From Escherichia phage ALITA, in the sequence record PP359570: 64,000 bases of DNA. One strand, given 5' to 3'. The position numbers were made by a program, and so were the translations under genes. Below, in pieces: positions 24,975 to 36,380 of this stretch. The stretch's first letter is position 1, and each line of letters opens with the position of its first letter. The notes beneath the pieces were generated by a model that saw only the letters and a program-made list of their open reading frames with translations, was not told where the DNA came from and searched no databases.

Positions 24975-25712
24975 ATGGATGCTTTAAATTTTGTAACAGC
25001 AATCCGTGGATTAATCAACGAGCAAGTTGCGGAAGTACATACATCTTTACCTGTAAGGGTAATTGGTGTAGATTATGGATCTAAGACAGTAACTTTAGAA
25101 TCTATTGTAAAAAACACCAGATCTACTGAAGATGAAATAGATTACCCAACATTCCACGATGTTCCTTTTATGGTAAATGGTGGTGGTACAGGTAGAATTT
25201 CATTTCCAATTAAAGCAGGAGATATTGGTGTTGTTGTCTTTTCAGAAAGAGATCCGTCGAATGCTTTCCAGACAGACGGAGATACAGCCAGCAGCGGAAC
25301 ATTAATTCAACCTTGTGGTTTGTATCCAGCCTGTTTTATTCCTAAGATAGCAACAGCTACAGATTCTTCTGAAGAAGTAGACTCTGAAAAAGTTGTTATC
25401 TCAAATAATAAGCAAACTTACGCTTCGTTTGATCCTAACGGTAATATATCTGTGTACAACACACAAGGTATGAAAATAGATATGACACCAAACAGTATCG
25501 TTCTTACTGATGCAGGAGGAGGAAAACTTACACTGCAAGGTGGGACTATGACATATAAAGGTGGTACTGTAAATTTAAACGGTTTAACAATCACACCTGA
25601 CGGTCGTATGAAAGATAGTGGTGGCATTGGTTTACACACACATACACACCCTGTACGCGGTGTTGAAACTGGTGGTAGCACTGTTACTTCCGACAAACCA
25701 AATGGAGGTTAA
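24975..25712 (+). CDS. baseplate central spike-like protein
   Basis: 245-aa ORF, Gly/Thr-rich C-terminus with HTHTHP motif; precedes gp25/W-like gene. Confidence 0.45.
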   Translation: MDALNFVTAIRGLINEQVAEVHTSLPVRVIGVDYGSKTVTLESIVKNTRSTEDEIDYPTFHDVPFMVNGGGTGRISFPIKAGDIGVVVFSERDPSNAFQTDGDTASSGTLIQPCGLYPACFIPKIATATDSSEEVDSEKVVISNNKQTYASFDPNGNISVYNTQGMKIDMTPNSIVLTDAGGGKLTLQGGTMTYKGGTVNLNGLTITPDGRMKDSGGIGLHTHTHPVRGVETGGSTVTSDKPNGG

Positions 25713-25715
25713 CAG

Positions 25716-26351
25716 ATGGGAATACCATTTGATTTAAAACTTGATGGTTCTAATGATTTAGTGATGGTGGATGGTGATTTAACACTAACCACAACTAAAA
25801 GTGAAATTGCAGCACAGACGCTTGGAATAACACTTAGAACTTTCCGTGGAGAATGGTTCCTCAATTCTAATTTTGGGGTTCCATATCTGCAAGAGATTAT
25901 TGGTGTTGCCAAGAAGAAAGAGATTGTTGATCGCATTTTCTTATCAACTATCGCAAGTAATGTTTATATAGATAATATTAATTCATACACGTCCTCTTAT
26001 GATAGAGATGATAGGTATTACTCAATGAACGTTACTGTTACAGTTGGTGAACAAGTTGTTAGTGCGCTGTTCAGTACGCAGCCGTCTGAAGAATATATCT
26101 ATCCAGAAGCTGGTGATGATAATGCAGCAATCACTTGTGAAGCATTTGAAATTGTTGAATCTGCAAATAGACTCTATCGCTTTATTAACATTGTTGGTCT
26201 TCCTAGAGATACTTATTCTACTTGGTGGAATGAATGGTCTAACGAGGCATTGATTGAAAAATACCTTGTTAACGAAGCCAATAAAGGTCTTGCAACCAAT
26301 TACAACTATGCTATAACAGCAACAATGGGAGCTACAAATAATAATGGCTGA
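25716..26351 (+). CDS. baseplate wedge protein (gp25/GPW-like)
   Basis: N-terminal MGIPFDL...DGDL...IAAQTLGITLRTFRGEWFLNSNFGVPY resembles the GPW/gp25 family signature. Confidence 0.55.
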   Translation: MGIPFDLKLDGSNDLVMVDGDLTLTTTKSEIAAQTLGITLRTFRGEWFLNSNFGVPYLQEIIGVAKKKEIVDRIFLSTIASNVYIDNINSYTSSYDRDDRYYSMNVTVTVGEQVVSALFSTQPSEEYIYPEAGDDNAAITCEAFEIVESANRLYRFINIVGLPRDTYSTWWNEWSNEALIEKYLVNEANKGLATNYNYAITATMGATNNNG

Positions 26352-26817
26352 TTTAACTACAATCAAGGTGTCTGATCTACCTGTAACAACATCTGTTTCA
26401 GACACAGATTATTTTGTAACAGATCAATCAGGCATCACTAAGAAAACATCATTACGTGTTCTTCTTGCGGGTGCTGGTGTTACACGAAATCGTCTTTCTG
26501 CAAGGGGTACTGTCACAAATACCCTAGCTTTAGATATTAGCACGGCAGAGTATTTCTCTGCCACTTTATCTAGTCCAACTTGCAGTATTTCATTTAGTAA
26601 TGTTCCAGTTACAACTAACATTGTTCAAAACTTTACTCTATCTCTACGTCAAGGTAGTGGAGCAAATAAAGTAACGTGGCCTCAATCTGTTAAATGGAGT
26701 TTTGGTCGCGCTCCTGTTTTGAGTTATAAACAGGGAGCTACAGATATTTTTGAATTTGTTAGTTATGATAATGGAGCTACCTGGATAGGTAGTTTAGTGA
26801 TGGCAGGAGTGATTTAA
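26344..26817 (+). CDS. hypothetical baseplate protein
   Basis: 157-aa ORF overlapping neighbours by a few nt. Confidence 0.4.
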   Translation: MADLTTIKVSDLPVTTSVSDTDYFVTDQSGITKKTSLRVLLAGAGVTRNRLSARGTVTNTLALDISTAEYFSATLSSPTCSISFSNVPVTTNIVQNFTLSLRQGSGANKVTWPQSVKWSFGRAPVLSYKQGATDIFEFVSYDNGATWIGSLVMAGVI

Positions 26818-29693
26818 TGTCAAGAATTAAGCACAGAATTGACAATGTTTTCCAACTGATCGATGGACATATTCAGTTCTTAGATCGTAATACAGGTTTA
26901 ACTGTAGATCCTACAGTGCAACACTATGTATTAAACCCACAAAACGTTCTAGCTAATAACAGACACTTTATAAACTGGACTGCTCAAGAAGGGCAACCAA
27001 ACGGGGATGCTACAACAGAAGGTCAATCCGTGCTTATTCTTGGTTGCGCTTATGCATACCTGGCTTCCGGCGATACAAAGTATTTAGACTCTGCTAAAAA
27101 ATATTGGCAAGCCTATATAGATTACTTCTTTGGTGGTCAGCCTATTCCAGACCCGCCAGCAAAATATCGCCCTAACTGGATTATTAACGGTAAAGAACCA
27201 CGTCTTGCGCACTATCCTCTTACAGATGATGGCTACCCTACACACGGAGGTTTTAAGGGTAGCTTAATGACGTGGACTAACGGTAGAACAGTTATTCCTC
27301 ATGGTGCTCCTCATTGGGGAGAATACCTTGACAAAGCATGGTTTGCTTTTAATGGTAATCTAGGATGGAACTCTGTAAACGCTACAGTATATGCTGTTAA
27401 TGCAGATGGTACAACAGATTGGTCTAAGAAGGGAGATCAATGGGATGTTGATTGGATCATTGATCGTCTAGGACGTAAAGTTGATTGGGATGGAAATATC
27501 TTAGAAGAAGGTTTTCCAACATCCCAATACGGAACAGTTCAACTAAAAAATACTTCTGTAAACGGTACATATAAATTTAACTACGCGACTTGTAACCCTG
27601 TTGAACACGGTGGTTATTTAATGGAGCGTAACACTATGTGGCATAACAGACCAGTTAACGTTCCGGTAGAAATGGGCTTTCAGGATAATGCGTCAGATGC
27701 CGAAACTTGGTGGTGTGATGCTAACTACCTGATGTACCAAATTACAGGGGAAAGAAAATATTGGTTATGCTGGCAGTCTTCACTGTTAGTGTGTCAAGAT
27801 TACTCAAACATTGATATGTTTGATAAATTCTTCCGTAAGTCTACATATGCAACTATTCCGTTTACAGATGGCATCTCTTACGATTATTCGTATCCATCTA
27901 CAGCAATACCTAAATATTCAAGAGATACTTTAGGCTATATTGTTATTAGACAAGATGTTGCTGCTCAAACAACATTAGAACAGCAAGCCATTTGGTTTAA
28001 AGTTGATCAGAACTCTAAGTTACGAGTCCAGTTTCAAGGTGTAGATGACGCAGGACATGGTATTCTTTTCCGTCCAGAGTTGGAATTAAGTAAGACCAAA
28101 GATGAAAATAACACAGTAATTTACCGCTGTGGCTTACCACTAGGTACAGCTAATATGACAAGCATGGATATTCCACTATCCAGCTTTATGAGAAGTACCC
28201 CTCCTAGTGGTGGAACATATATTATCGCAGATCCGCGAATTATTGTTGACTGGGGTGACAATACTGTGGTACAATATAAGTATGTAACAGGTATTGCTGG
28301 AACTAATAATGACCAGATTGTTACTGCATCAATGGATACGGATGGTGGTGTTACTGTTGGTTTTTGGTTAACTCCTACATCAAAAGCTAATGTTAAGTCT
28401 ATTACATATAGAACATATGAAGATGACTTTAACATGACTATCACGGATGCTCAAGGTTGGAGATGGTGGGCTATGCTGCCTAAAACGCAAGGGGCATGGA
28501 GTACGAAGACTTTATCAGCCTCTGCTTTTAAGTTAAGTGCTTACCAGCCTAATCATCCAGAAACAGATCCTAAACCTTCAGCAATAAATCTTACTGCTGT
28601 AGATCAGGTAAATTTAGTTCTTGATACGGCTCCTGTCAATGGTTTAACAGGAACAATAGATTTCTATTGTATTAACGATGTACCTGAAAGATATTCGTCA
28701 TCTTCTGGTGATGATTATACCATGTACTTCCGTATTACTGTACAGGCTTCAAGTCCTCATACTGCTAAGTTAGGTGATTGTACTATTATTGACTATAAGT
28801 TAAATAGTCTTAATTACACACCAGGAATAATTCCATTCTCTAATATCAGTGACCCAAACACTGCATTATACGATGGATGGCGTGGTATTCCATACCCAGG
28901 ATACCAGTATCCTTCCTTATACTGTTTCGCAGGTAGGGATATTGATTGGACACGTTTAAACAACAGTATTGATTTCTTGTATGATGCTCAAATGTGGTTT
29001 TATAACACGTTTGATCCTGTGATGCCTGGGCCTATGGCACAAGCCTATGTGTGGGATCGTTGGGATGCAAGAAAATACGGTGAACCTAATACGTTTACAA
29101 TGAAACACTGGAATGAAAAAGCGTGGGATGGTTATGAAGCTCGTGCATTCTACTGTGCTTGTCATGCTGTATACGAACTTGTACAAAGAGGAGAAACACC
29201 TCCTGAAAAACTAGTAACTGTTTGTAAAAATTGGATCAACTACCTTAAATGGTTCCAAGACAATAATGATGGAAGAACACCAACTATCTTTAATCCAGAT
29301 GGTACAGTTCTTGCACCTATAGATGACTTTACTAGTCATATGTCTGCACTGTTTATGGCGGGTTGTTCAATCATGGGCTTGGCAGGTTATGATTCACAAA
29401 TTCCAAACATTGGTATTGTAGCAGATAGATGTTTTGATCTGATTCAGCAAAACTATATTGTGCTTTCCCCTAACCATCCGATGAATGGTTCCTGGAGTGT
29501 TGCACCACGCCCAGATTCAGATAACGGAATGTTCTTTGGTTTCCATGCTGGAGAACTATTACGTGGTTTTGGTTTATATGCCTTGTATCGTAAACTAAAC
29601 CCTCAAAACGCTTTACCAATTTTGGATAATAGTAACATACCAACACTAACTGTTCTAACTATGAATGATATTAGTGTTGATGTAACCAAATAA
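26817..29693 (+). CDS. large tail-fibre/baseplate structural protein (958 aa)
   Basis: Long ORF in tail block; Trp/Tyr-rich, no clear motif. Confidence 0.5.
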   Translation: MSRIKHRIDNVFQLIDGHIQFLDRNTGLTVDPTVQHYVLNPQNVLANNRHFINWTAQEGQPNGDATTEGQSVLILGCAYAYLASGDTKYLDSAKKYWQAYIDYFFGGQPIPDPPAKYRPNWIINGKEPRLAHYPLTDDGYPTHGGFKGSLMTWTNGRTVIPHGAPHWGEYLDKAWFAFNGNLGWNSVNATVYAVNADGTTDWSKKGDQWDVDWIIDRLGRKVDWDGNILEEGFPTSQYGTVQLKNTSVNGTYKFNYATCNPVEHGGYLMERNTMWHNRPVNVPVEMGFQDNASDAETWWCDANYLMYQITGERKYWLCWQSSLLVCQDYSNIDMFDKFFRKSTYATIPFTDGISYDYSYPSTAIPKYSRDTLGYIVIRQDVAAQTTLEQQAIWFKVDQNSKLRVQFQGVDDAGHGILFRPELELSKTKDENNTVIYRCGLPLGTANMTSMDIPLSSFMRSTPPSGGTYIIADPRIIVDWGDNTVVQYKYVTGIAGTNNDQIVTASMDTDGGVTVGFWLTPTSKANVKSITYRTYEDDFNMTITDAQGWRWWAMLPKTQGAWSTKTLSASAFKLSAYQPNHPETDPKPSAINLTAVDQVNLVLDTAPVNGLTGTIDFYCINDVPERYSSSSGDDYTMYFRITVQASSPHTAKLGDCTIIDYKLNSLNYTPGIIPFSNISDPNTALYDGWRGIPYPGYQYPSLYCFAGRDIDWTRLNNSIDFLYDAQMWFYNTFDPVMPGPMAQAYVWDRWDARKYGEPNTFTMKHWNEKAWDGYEARAFYCACHAVYELVQRGETPPEKLVTVCKNWINYLKWFQDNNDGRTPTIFNPDGTVLAPIDDFTSHMSALFMAGCSIMGLAGYDSQIPNIGIVADRCFDLIQQNYIVLSPNHPMNGSWSVAPRPDSDNGMFFGFHAGELLRGFGLYALYRKLNPQNALPILDNSNIPTLTVLTMNDISVDVTK

Positions 29694-29701
29694 GGAAAAT
29701 A

Positions 29702-31861
29702 ATGAAACAGGCTATTTTTACTGTAACTCGAAATACGAGAGTAAATGCCAGTTCATTCAGCTATAAGACCGTCGATGGAACGGCGGTCGCTGGTAGAGAT
29801 TATGTAGCTAAACAGGGAACAGTAACGTTCCCTTCTGATGCAGATTCTGCTACTGTAGTGGTTGATGTATATGAACGTCCGGCAAACTCTTTAGATCTTT
29901 ATTTTACTCTTGAGATTACTAGCATAAGTCAAAATAACATGATGATCAACGAAGAAATTCGTTGTGTTATTACGACTGATCAATCGAATACAACCCCACT
30001 AACTTGGCCTGTTGTGAAGTCTAGAATGTTTGATCCTAAGTTTTGGACAATAGATTCTCAAGCAACAGAGAGTTGTTCTATTATCTCTAATGGTGATTCT
30101 TTCACAGCAAGAATGGTTAATAGGACAGTGGCTGGTCTTGCTGGGATTATTTGGTCAACTTACGATAAATATGATCACAAAGGATTAGGCTACCAAGAAC
30201 ATTCTGACTTAAGTAAAGAAAAACTTTGGTTTAAAATGGAACTTAGTCAAGGTGTTCCTGGATTAAAAGAAGAAAAATTAATACCATCCTTAACAGTGAC
30301 ACTGAAGGATGAAACAGTTCATTATGTATCTCTAAACTTTTATGCAGAAGAAGTTTCAGAAGATGGTAAGACAGCAACAATCAAACTAGATTTCTCAAAT
30401 TTAAAATCTGGGCCAGAAAATGATATTGTTGTTGACACTACACAGATAGATAATATGTTCTTCTCCTTGATCTCCACAAGGTATCAAGAAATTGAAGATA
30501 TTATTCCTGTAGACAATGTGGATCTTTCCTTTAAGTTTACCATACTAGAGCCTGATACTGGTTACAGTATGATGAATATGGGTAATTTAAATGTTCCGGC
30601 GCACACCATAAGAATGTGTACATCTTATGATGATATGTATAACCTAACCCCAGAGCGAGTTATTTCTAACACCTATAGATTAGGTTATAGAGATATGATT
30701 AACCATTATAATGGTATGTCACACTATTATCAATTCAGTTGGGATGCTGGATCTAATAAATGGGCTTTGAATAGAACAGAATATTTAAACCCAGCAACAG
30801 AAGCCTGGTTTGATAATTTCCACGCTAATGCAAAAGCTATGGGCTACACAGTAATGAACTCCTTAAGTTTTGAACTTATGAGTACAGTGTGTCCTGTAGA
30901 ATGGGTACAACATACTTGGAATGATGATCTGGCTGCTACAGGTTATGAGCCACCAAGTTATGTTTTATCTCCTTCAATTGATGAAGGGATGAATTATTTA
31001 CAAGGTGTAATAAATAAGATAGCTTCTATATCCGCTGCCAATGATCTTCCTGTTATTATTCAGGTTGGTGAACCGTGGTGGTGGTATAACACAGCTACCA
31101 ATCTCCCGTGTATTTATGATTATGCAACCAAAGTTGCATTTAATAATGAAACTGGATTATATGCACAAGATGTTGGTACAGTTAAGAATTATAAAACTGG
31201 TACACCATATGATGAATATTATGCATTCCTATCTAAAACATTAGGACTGCGTGTTGCTAAATTTGCAACAGATACTAGATTAGCATATCCTGGAGCAAAA
31301 GTTACATTGTTACCATTTGTGCCATCCATCTTAGGTAACGGTATGATGGAGTTTGTTAACTTCCCTAAAGATCATTATATCCCAGAAAACTTTGACTTTT
31401 ATTGTTCAGAATGTTATGACTGGTTGTTGGAAGGTCAGATGGAAAGATCTTTCGACGCTATCACAATACCTAATGAGCAACTAGGTTTTAGTTATGATAA
31501 GATACATTATCTTGCAGGGTTTGTTCCAGATGCAACTCTAGCACCATTATATGGCTTTGATCCTGAATCAGACTACAGAACATATTTGTGGAAAATGATT
31601 ATAGGTAATATTGTATTGAATGACCAGAAGTTTGTTGGTTTGTATCAATACATATGGGCTTATCCACAAATTATGGCAGATTCATTAACTGTTCTTAATT
31701 CAAAATCCCAAGTTTTTTATATGGGTAATGTGCCTTTGAATTGCTATTTGCAAGATATCACTCTTAAACAGGTAAATGTTGAGATTGCCACCATAGGTGG
31801 AATTACATTAGCCACTAAATCTGGAGAAGATTTAGTAACAACACAAAAATTTTATATATAG
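29702..31861 (+). CDS. large tail-fibre/baseplate structural protein (719 aa)
   Basis: Long ORF with SD. Confidence 0.5.
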   Translation: MKQAIFTVTRNTRVNASSFSYKTVDGTAVAGRDYVAKQGTVTFPSDADSATVVVDVYERPANSLDLYFTLEITSISQNNMMINEEIRCVITTDQSNTTPLTWPVVKSRMFDPKFWTIDSQATESCSIISNGDSFTARMVNRTVAGLAGIIWSTYDKYDHKGLGYQEHSDLSKEKLWFKMELSQGVPGLKEEKLIPSLTVTLKDETVHYVSLNFYAEEVSEDGKTATIKLDFSNLKSGPENDIVVDTTQIDNMFFSLISTRYQEIEDIIPVDNVDLSFKFTILEPDTGYSMMNMGNLNVPAHTIRMCTSYDDMYNLTPERVISNTYRLGYRDMINHYNGMSHYYQFSWDAGSNKWALNRTEYLNPATEAWFDNFHANAKAMGYTVMNSLSFELMSTVCPVEWVQHTWNDDLAATGYEPPSYVLSPSIDEGMNYLQGVINKIASISAANDLPVIIQVGEPWWWYNTATNLPCIYDYATKVAFNNETGLYAQDVGTVKNYKTGTPYDEYYAFLSKTLGLRVAKFATDTRLAYPGAKVTLLPFVPSILGNGMMEFVNFPKDHYIPENFDFYCSECYDWLLEGQMERSFDAITIPNEQLGFSYDKIHYLAGFVPDATLAPLYGFDPESDYRTYLWKMIIGNIVLNDQKFVGLYQYIWAYPQIMADSLTVLNSKSQVFYMGNVPLNCYLQDITLKQVNVEIATIGGITLATKSGEDLVTTQKFYI

Positions 31862-31869
31862 GAGTAAAA

Positions 31870-33726
31870 ATGTCAACTACAATTACTAATTTACCCGAAA
31901 CATCAAAAGTTAATGGTTCAGATTACCTGGTTTTAGATCAATCTGATAAAACTGTTAAAAGCACAGTTTCCAACTTTCTTACTGACACTGGGGTGGTTTT
32001 AGCCACCCAGTTGAAAGATACAGATGGAGCAGAGTTAATAGGACATAGAAACGCTACGGTTGGCACTACTCTGGATTCAATTGCAGTCCGCTCAGATCAA
32101 TTTTCTACTATTCAGGAATGGGCATCATACCCAGCAAAGCACAAAACTTTAGCAGGCGGAACATATACTCTGGACTCTACTCTCAGTGTTGAATGTGAAT
32201 CACTGACCACTGAGGGTGTAGTTACTATAAATGCTTCTGGTTCATTCATCGCTATGTATTTTGGTACAAATCAGCGAGATTTACTAACCACTCTTAGCTC
32301 TGATATTTCAAAAGGGATAACCAGTCTTACTGTCGATAATGTTCAGGAAGGAGATACTTTATGCTTTTATAATCCTTCTGATTTTTCATGGTCTGGATAC
32401 CGGAATTATTATCGTAGTGGAGAGTTTGTTAAGGTTGTTAGATATTCAAATGGGATTGCACACTTCAATGGAGGGACGAAAGCCGCATACCCATCTGGGA
32501 CTCAAGTTTACAAGCTAAAAACAAAAAAAGTTTCTGTAAGCGGGGCTTTTGTATTTAATTTTCCTTCATACGACAAAACTGCTATGGCTATGCAATTCGA
32601 GCAGATAGCTGATGGTAACTTTGACAATCTCGTTGTCACATCTCACACCGCCCCTTATGCCGTTCAGTTTAAACGTTGTTTCAATCTTACCGGTAAGGGG
32701 ATGCGTCTCACACAGGAATCTCCTTCTGTAAGTTTTGGCTTAGAATATGGTTGCTACATCTGCAATAGCCAGAATATTGATTTTGAAGGTATATTCTGTG
32801 CAGAGCGCCATGCAGTCACTGTTACAGGTAATGATGAAATCTGCGGTATTGTTAACAGATTTGTCAGTGTTAACGCCAGCGGTGGCGGTGCAATCATGAC
32901 CACAGGGCAAGGCAAGGTTGCAGCAGCAGACTGGCACGGAAACACTGAAAAGTGCAGGTATGGTGGATATATTCAAGGGCTTGCTTGTGGTGGGTCTAAA
33001 AATAGCGCACGTGGTGCTCATATCGACCACGTACCTAACACCCCGGCATGGCCTAACATACTCGCTACGGAACTTAAGTCAATTGAGTTTGATTTAAGCA
33101 ATATCCATGTTACAGGGATAGGTGATCCATCTTCAGTAAACAGAGGTTGTATTGATTTTGGAGGTAACTCCACTGCATTTGGAGCTAATACTGTAGAACC
33201 TGGCACTTTGAATCTTTCTGGGGCTGTTATTGATTCTCCCGCAAACGTGTTGATTGAGATAAGGAACAGGGGTTCATTGGCTGCTCACACCATAAATCTT
33301 AATGGAGTTACCGCTAATGCAGAGAGCGGTAAGTACACGGTCAGGATTGCGCCAATTGGAGAAGGTATTTCCCCTTCAGATGTTTACATGGCAGGATTTA
33401 AGATGCCTGACGGCAGTATCTCACAGATAAATAACCTGTCATCAGTGAACGTACACGGGGTGTCCAAAAAAGGTAGATCTTCTATAACCATACCAAGTGG
33501 GGCCAGTTCTGCGGAGTTAACCATCCCTTTCGATTCCACTGTACTTGGTGCTCCGAAATCAGTTCAGTTTAATCGGTCAGGGCTTGTTCCAGCGGCACAA
33601 GCAAGGATTGTATTCTCTGAACGAACTTCGTCACCAACAGGGTTTCGGGTTATCGCGGCAACAGCTAACGGTAATACGCTCTCAGCAGACCTTACTATAC
33701 CGTTCTCATGGCGTGCAGATTGGTAA
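31870..33726 (+). CDS. tailspike-like protein (618 aa)
   Basis: Long ORF with SD; Gly/Ser/Thr-rich beta-type composition. Confidence 0.45.
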   Translation: MSTTITNLPETSKVNGSDYLVLDQSDKTVKSTVSNFLTDTGVVLATQLKDTDGAELIGHRNATVGTTLDSIAVRSDQFSTIQEWASYPAKHKTLAGGTYTLDSTLSVECESLTTEGVVTINASGSFIAMYFGTNQRDLLTTLSSDISKGITSLTVDNVQEGDTLCFYNPSDFSWSGYRNYYRSGEFVKVVRYSNGIAHFNGGTKAAYPSGTQVYKLKTKKVSVSGAFVFNFPSYDKTAMAMQFEQIADGNFDNLVVTSHTAPYAVQFKRCFNLTGKGMRLTQESPSVSFGLEYGCYICNSQNIDFEGIFCAERHAVTVTGNDEICGIVNRFVSVNASGGGAIMTTGQGKVAAADWHGNTEKCRYGGYIQGLACGGSKNSARGAHIDHVPNTPAWPNILATELKSIEFDLSNIHVTGIGDPSSVNRGCIDFGGNSTAFGANTVEPGTLNLSGAVIDSPANVLIEIRNRGSLAAHTINLNGVTANAESGKYTVRIAPIGEGISPSDVYMAGFKMPDGSISQINNLSSVNVHGVSKKGRSSITIPSGASSAELTIPFDSTVLGAPKSVQFNRSGLVPAAQARIVFSERTSSPTGFRVIAATANGNTLSADLTIPFSWRADW

Positions 33727-33827
33727 ATATTTATACTAAAAACTAAGACCCCAAACTATGCCTTTATTTATACATATAAAGTTTATTGTTTGTACTACCC
33801 CCATAGGATAGTGGGTGTTATGTCTAG

Positions 33828-34019
33828 ATGTCTTTCAACATACTAAGTATTATCTATGATAAGGAGACGCAAAGGGCGTATTCCCTACCTGCTGATATTG
33901 CCCCAGGTATTACTGCCATTAGTCTTAGTGCTGCTGTACTTGTGCATTCAGCGGGTTCTGTAGACCTTGGGGAATTAGCTGTATATCGTGATTTAAAAAG
34001 TAATGAGAACGCACCATGA
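33828..34019 (+). CDS. hypothetical small protein
   Basis: 63-aa ORF, weak SD. Confidence 0.3.
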   Translation: MSFNILSIIYDKETQRAYSLPADIAPGITAISLSAAVLVHSAGSVDLGELAVYRDLKSNENAP

Positions 34020-34261
34020 GAAAATTTTTAATAGGTATGTTTTGTACATATCCTGATAATAAAGTCAGTTCTACTAAAGTTTGGAATGCTATTGGTATGA
34101 TTGTTATGTCCAGTATGTTTATTTATTTGGGAATTGACAAAGAAATTCCTGAATGGATGGGCTGGGCTTTTGTTTTTATGATCACACCATCCAGACTAAT
34201 GAAGAATTTAATAGATTTACGTTGGGGCAGATCACCTGCCCCTGATAAGGAGGATAACTAA
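34016..34261 (+). CDS. small membrane protein with two predicted TM helices
   Basis: 81-aa ORF; hydrophobic VWNAIGMIVMSSMFIYLGI and EWMGWAFVFMITP. Confidence 0.4.
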   Translation: MRKFLIGMFCTYPDNKVSSTKVWNAIGMIVMSSMFIYLGIDKEIPEWMGWAFVFMITPSRLMKNLIDLRWGRSPAPDKEDN

Positions 34262-35748
34262 TGGCAGATTATGGTTTAACAGATGCTGGTTTTGTCATTC
34301 CAACGTTTGATGATATTCTAAATAATTATATGACAGCATTGAAAAACACTTTCGGTGCAGATACAGCTACATCTGAAGATACAGTCTTTGGTCAACTGTT
34401 TCGTATTATTGCATATACAGATTACACCCTTTGGGAAGGTATGCAAGGTGTTTACAATACCCAAACCTTAGATGGTGCAGAAGGTATTTACCTTGATGAA
34501 ATCTTCTCTAAAAGAGGTTTTTATCGTAAAGCTGCTTCTGCTGGTAGTGGTTATGCTTATGTTAAATCTAACAATAAGGCAGCTTGGACTTATGAACTAA
34601 GCACAGATGTTTATTTTAATGCCGATAACGATTTGACATATTATGTCAGTGCACCAACAATGTTGAATGCTAAGATTGGAGCATATACCATTTCTAAAGC
34701 AAACGCAACAGCTTCTGGTGAAACTTCTATTACTTTCTACATTCAAAGTGCTATTGATGGTGGTCTTAACAGTAAAACACTAAGTCCTAGCAATACAAAC
34801 TTTATTGTAGATCTCACGAATTTCATTAAAGCTAACGTATCAACAACAGATCGTGCTTTAGTATGGAATGATGCTGGTAATGTTTATATGGGTTATAATC
34901 CAGAAGATAATGTTAACCCAATAGGTCTAGTAACACCCGTGAAATTTTATGCATCTATTGCCATTGGTACAAAATGGAGTGAAATTCCAGTTACGTGTTC
35001 AGACGTTGGTTATAATCCAGTAGGTACAGAAAGTATTACAGGTATTTCTTCAACGTTTACAGGCTTTTTAGATACAGGTAACTTCTATCCGTTCTCTCCA
35101 GGTACAGATGTTGAAACAGATGCAGAATTCCGTTCTCGTTTCAATGATAATATGGATGAAGCTAATGCTGCTACTCGTGCTGCTATTGTTAAAGCTCTAT
35201 TACTGACAGATGGTGTGACAAAGGTTAAGATTTACGATAACCCTACACTACACGATCAGGAACATGCTCCAGCTATGACATTCCAGACTATTGTGTATGG
35301 TGGTACAGCAGAAGAAGTTGCACAGGTTATTTATAATACTAAGCCTATTAACACATTAACTTATGGTACGACAGCAATTACTATCGTAACAGAAGATGGT
35401 GGTCAAGAAGTAATTCGTTTTTCTCCTGGTGATAATGCGGAATACTCACTTAAACTGGTATATCAAACTGGTAATGGTAGTGTGTTAAGTACAACAGAAA
35501 GAGAAAATATTGTTTCTGCTCTTGCAAACTTACAGGCTTATTTTGAATTAGGGTCAACAGTAACTAACGATCAGATAAAAGGTGTAATTTATTCTGCACT
35601 TGCGTTCGGACGCTTGACTTCTCTCCGTGTTTATGTTAAACTTAATACTGAGGATGACAGTAAATATAATGAGGGAGATATCACTCCAGCGTACAATGTT
35701 GTACCATCCTTTGACCTTGATAATATTTCCTACGAGTACGGAGTCTAA
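34261..35748 (+). CDS. baseplate J-like protein
   Basis: 495-aa ORF; N-terminal region resembles baseplate J family; followed by smaller baseplate protein and fibre genes. Confidence 0.55.
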   Translation: MADYGLTDAGFVIPTFDDILNNYMTALKNTFGADTATSEDTVFGQLFRIIAYTDYTLWEGMQGVYNTQTLDGAEGIYLDEIFSKRGFYRKAASAGSGYAYVKSNNKAAWTYELSTDVYFNADNDLTYYVSAPTMLNAKIGAYTISKANATASGETSITFYIQSAIDGGLNSKTLSPSNTNFIVDLTNFIKANVSTTDRALVWNDAGNVYMGYNPEDNVNPIGLVTPVKFYASIAIGTKWSEIPVTCSDVGYNPVGTESITGISSTFTGFLDTGNFYPFSPGTDVETDAEFRSRFNDNMDEANAATRAAIVKALLLTDGVTKVKIYDNPTLHDQEHAPAMTFQTIVYGGTAEEVAQVIYNTKPINTLTYGTTAITIVTEDGGQEVIRFSPGDNAEYSLKLVYQTGNGSVLSTTERENIVSALANLQAYFELGSTVTNDQIKGVIYSALAFGRLTSLRVYVKLNTEDDSKYNEGDITPAYNVVPSFDLDNISYEYGV

Positions 35749-35750
35749 AA

Positions 35751-36380
35751 ATGGCAGTGAGTGTTGACCATGTGACAACGTGGGATAGTATCAATGAAGA
35801 TGTTAAAGACCTACTGATTGAAGATTTTAAATCTTCTCCGAACATTGTCAAACTACTCTATATCATTTCTAGCGAAAAACAAAAGATAGATCAGGCAATG
35901 ATCTATCTTGCCAAACACCGCTTAATCTCTACTGCAACTGGTAAGTATTTAGATCTTATTGGTGAAGAGATGGGGATGGAAAGAAATGGTGCTACAGATG
36001 AAGAGTATCGTACAATATTAAAAATCAGGGCTTATCGTGTTGCGTCTTCTGGTACGCGAGATGATATCATTGATATGTTCGCTCGTTTTACAGGAACAGA
36101 AAAAGAAACGATTAATACATACGTTGGATTAAATAAAACATTCGACGTATTCTTTTATAATTTGTGTCTACAATCCGATCAGGCAGTAGCACAGTTACTT
36201 AACGTTTTCCCGATCCTAAGTAGTTATCGCTTAGGTGCGAAAGCGGGTGCAGCCTTTGGTTTCACTTCCTATTATGCCACAACTCCACCTCATGGTATAG
36301 GTGGTTTAGGTTCTCTTTACACAGAGGCTGAAGGAGATGATACAGGGCGAATGACTATGCTGATAGCTCAAATAGAATAA
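35751..36380 (+). CDS. baseplate protein (I-like, follows J-like gene)
   Basis: 209-aa ORF; assignment by position. Confidence 0.4.
   Translation: MAVSVDHVTTWDSINEDVKDLLIEDFKSSPNIVKLLYIISSEKQKIDQAMIYLAKHRLISTATGKYLDLIGEEMGMERNGATDEEYRTILKIRAYRVASSGTRDDIIDMFARFTGTEKETINTYVGLNKTFDVFFYNLCLQSDQAVAQLLNVFPILSSYRLGAKAGAAFGFTSYYATTPPHGIGGLGSLYTEAEGDDTGRMTMLIAQIE

Noticed and set aside
28121-33206. Several 60-110-aa minus-strand ORFs inside the large plus-strand fibre genes
   Set aside because: Embedded antisense ORFs without SD in long, well-supported structural genes.
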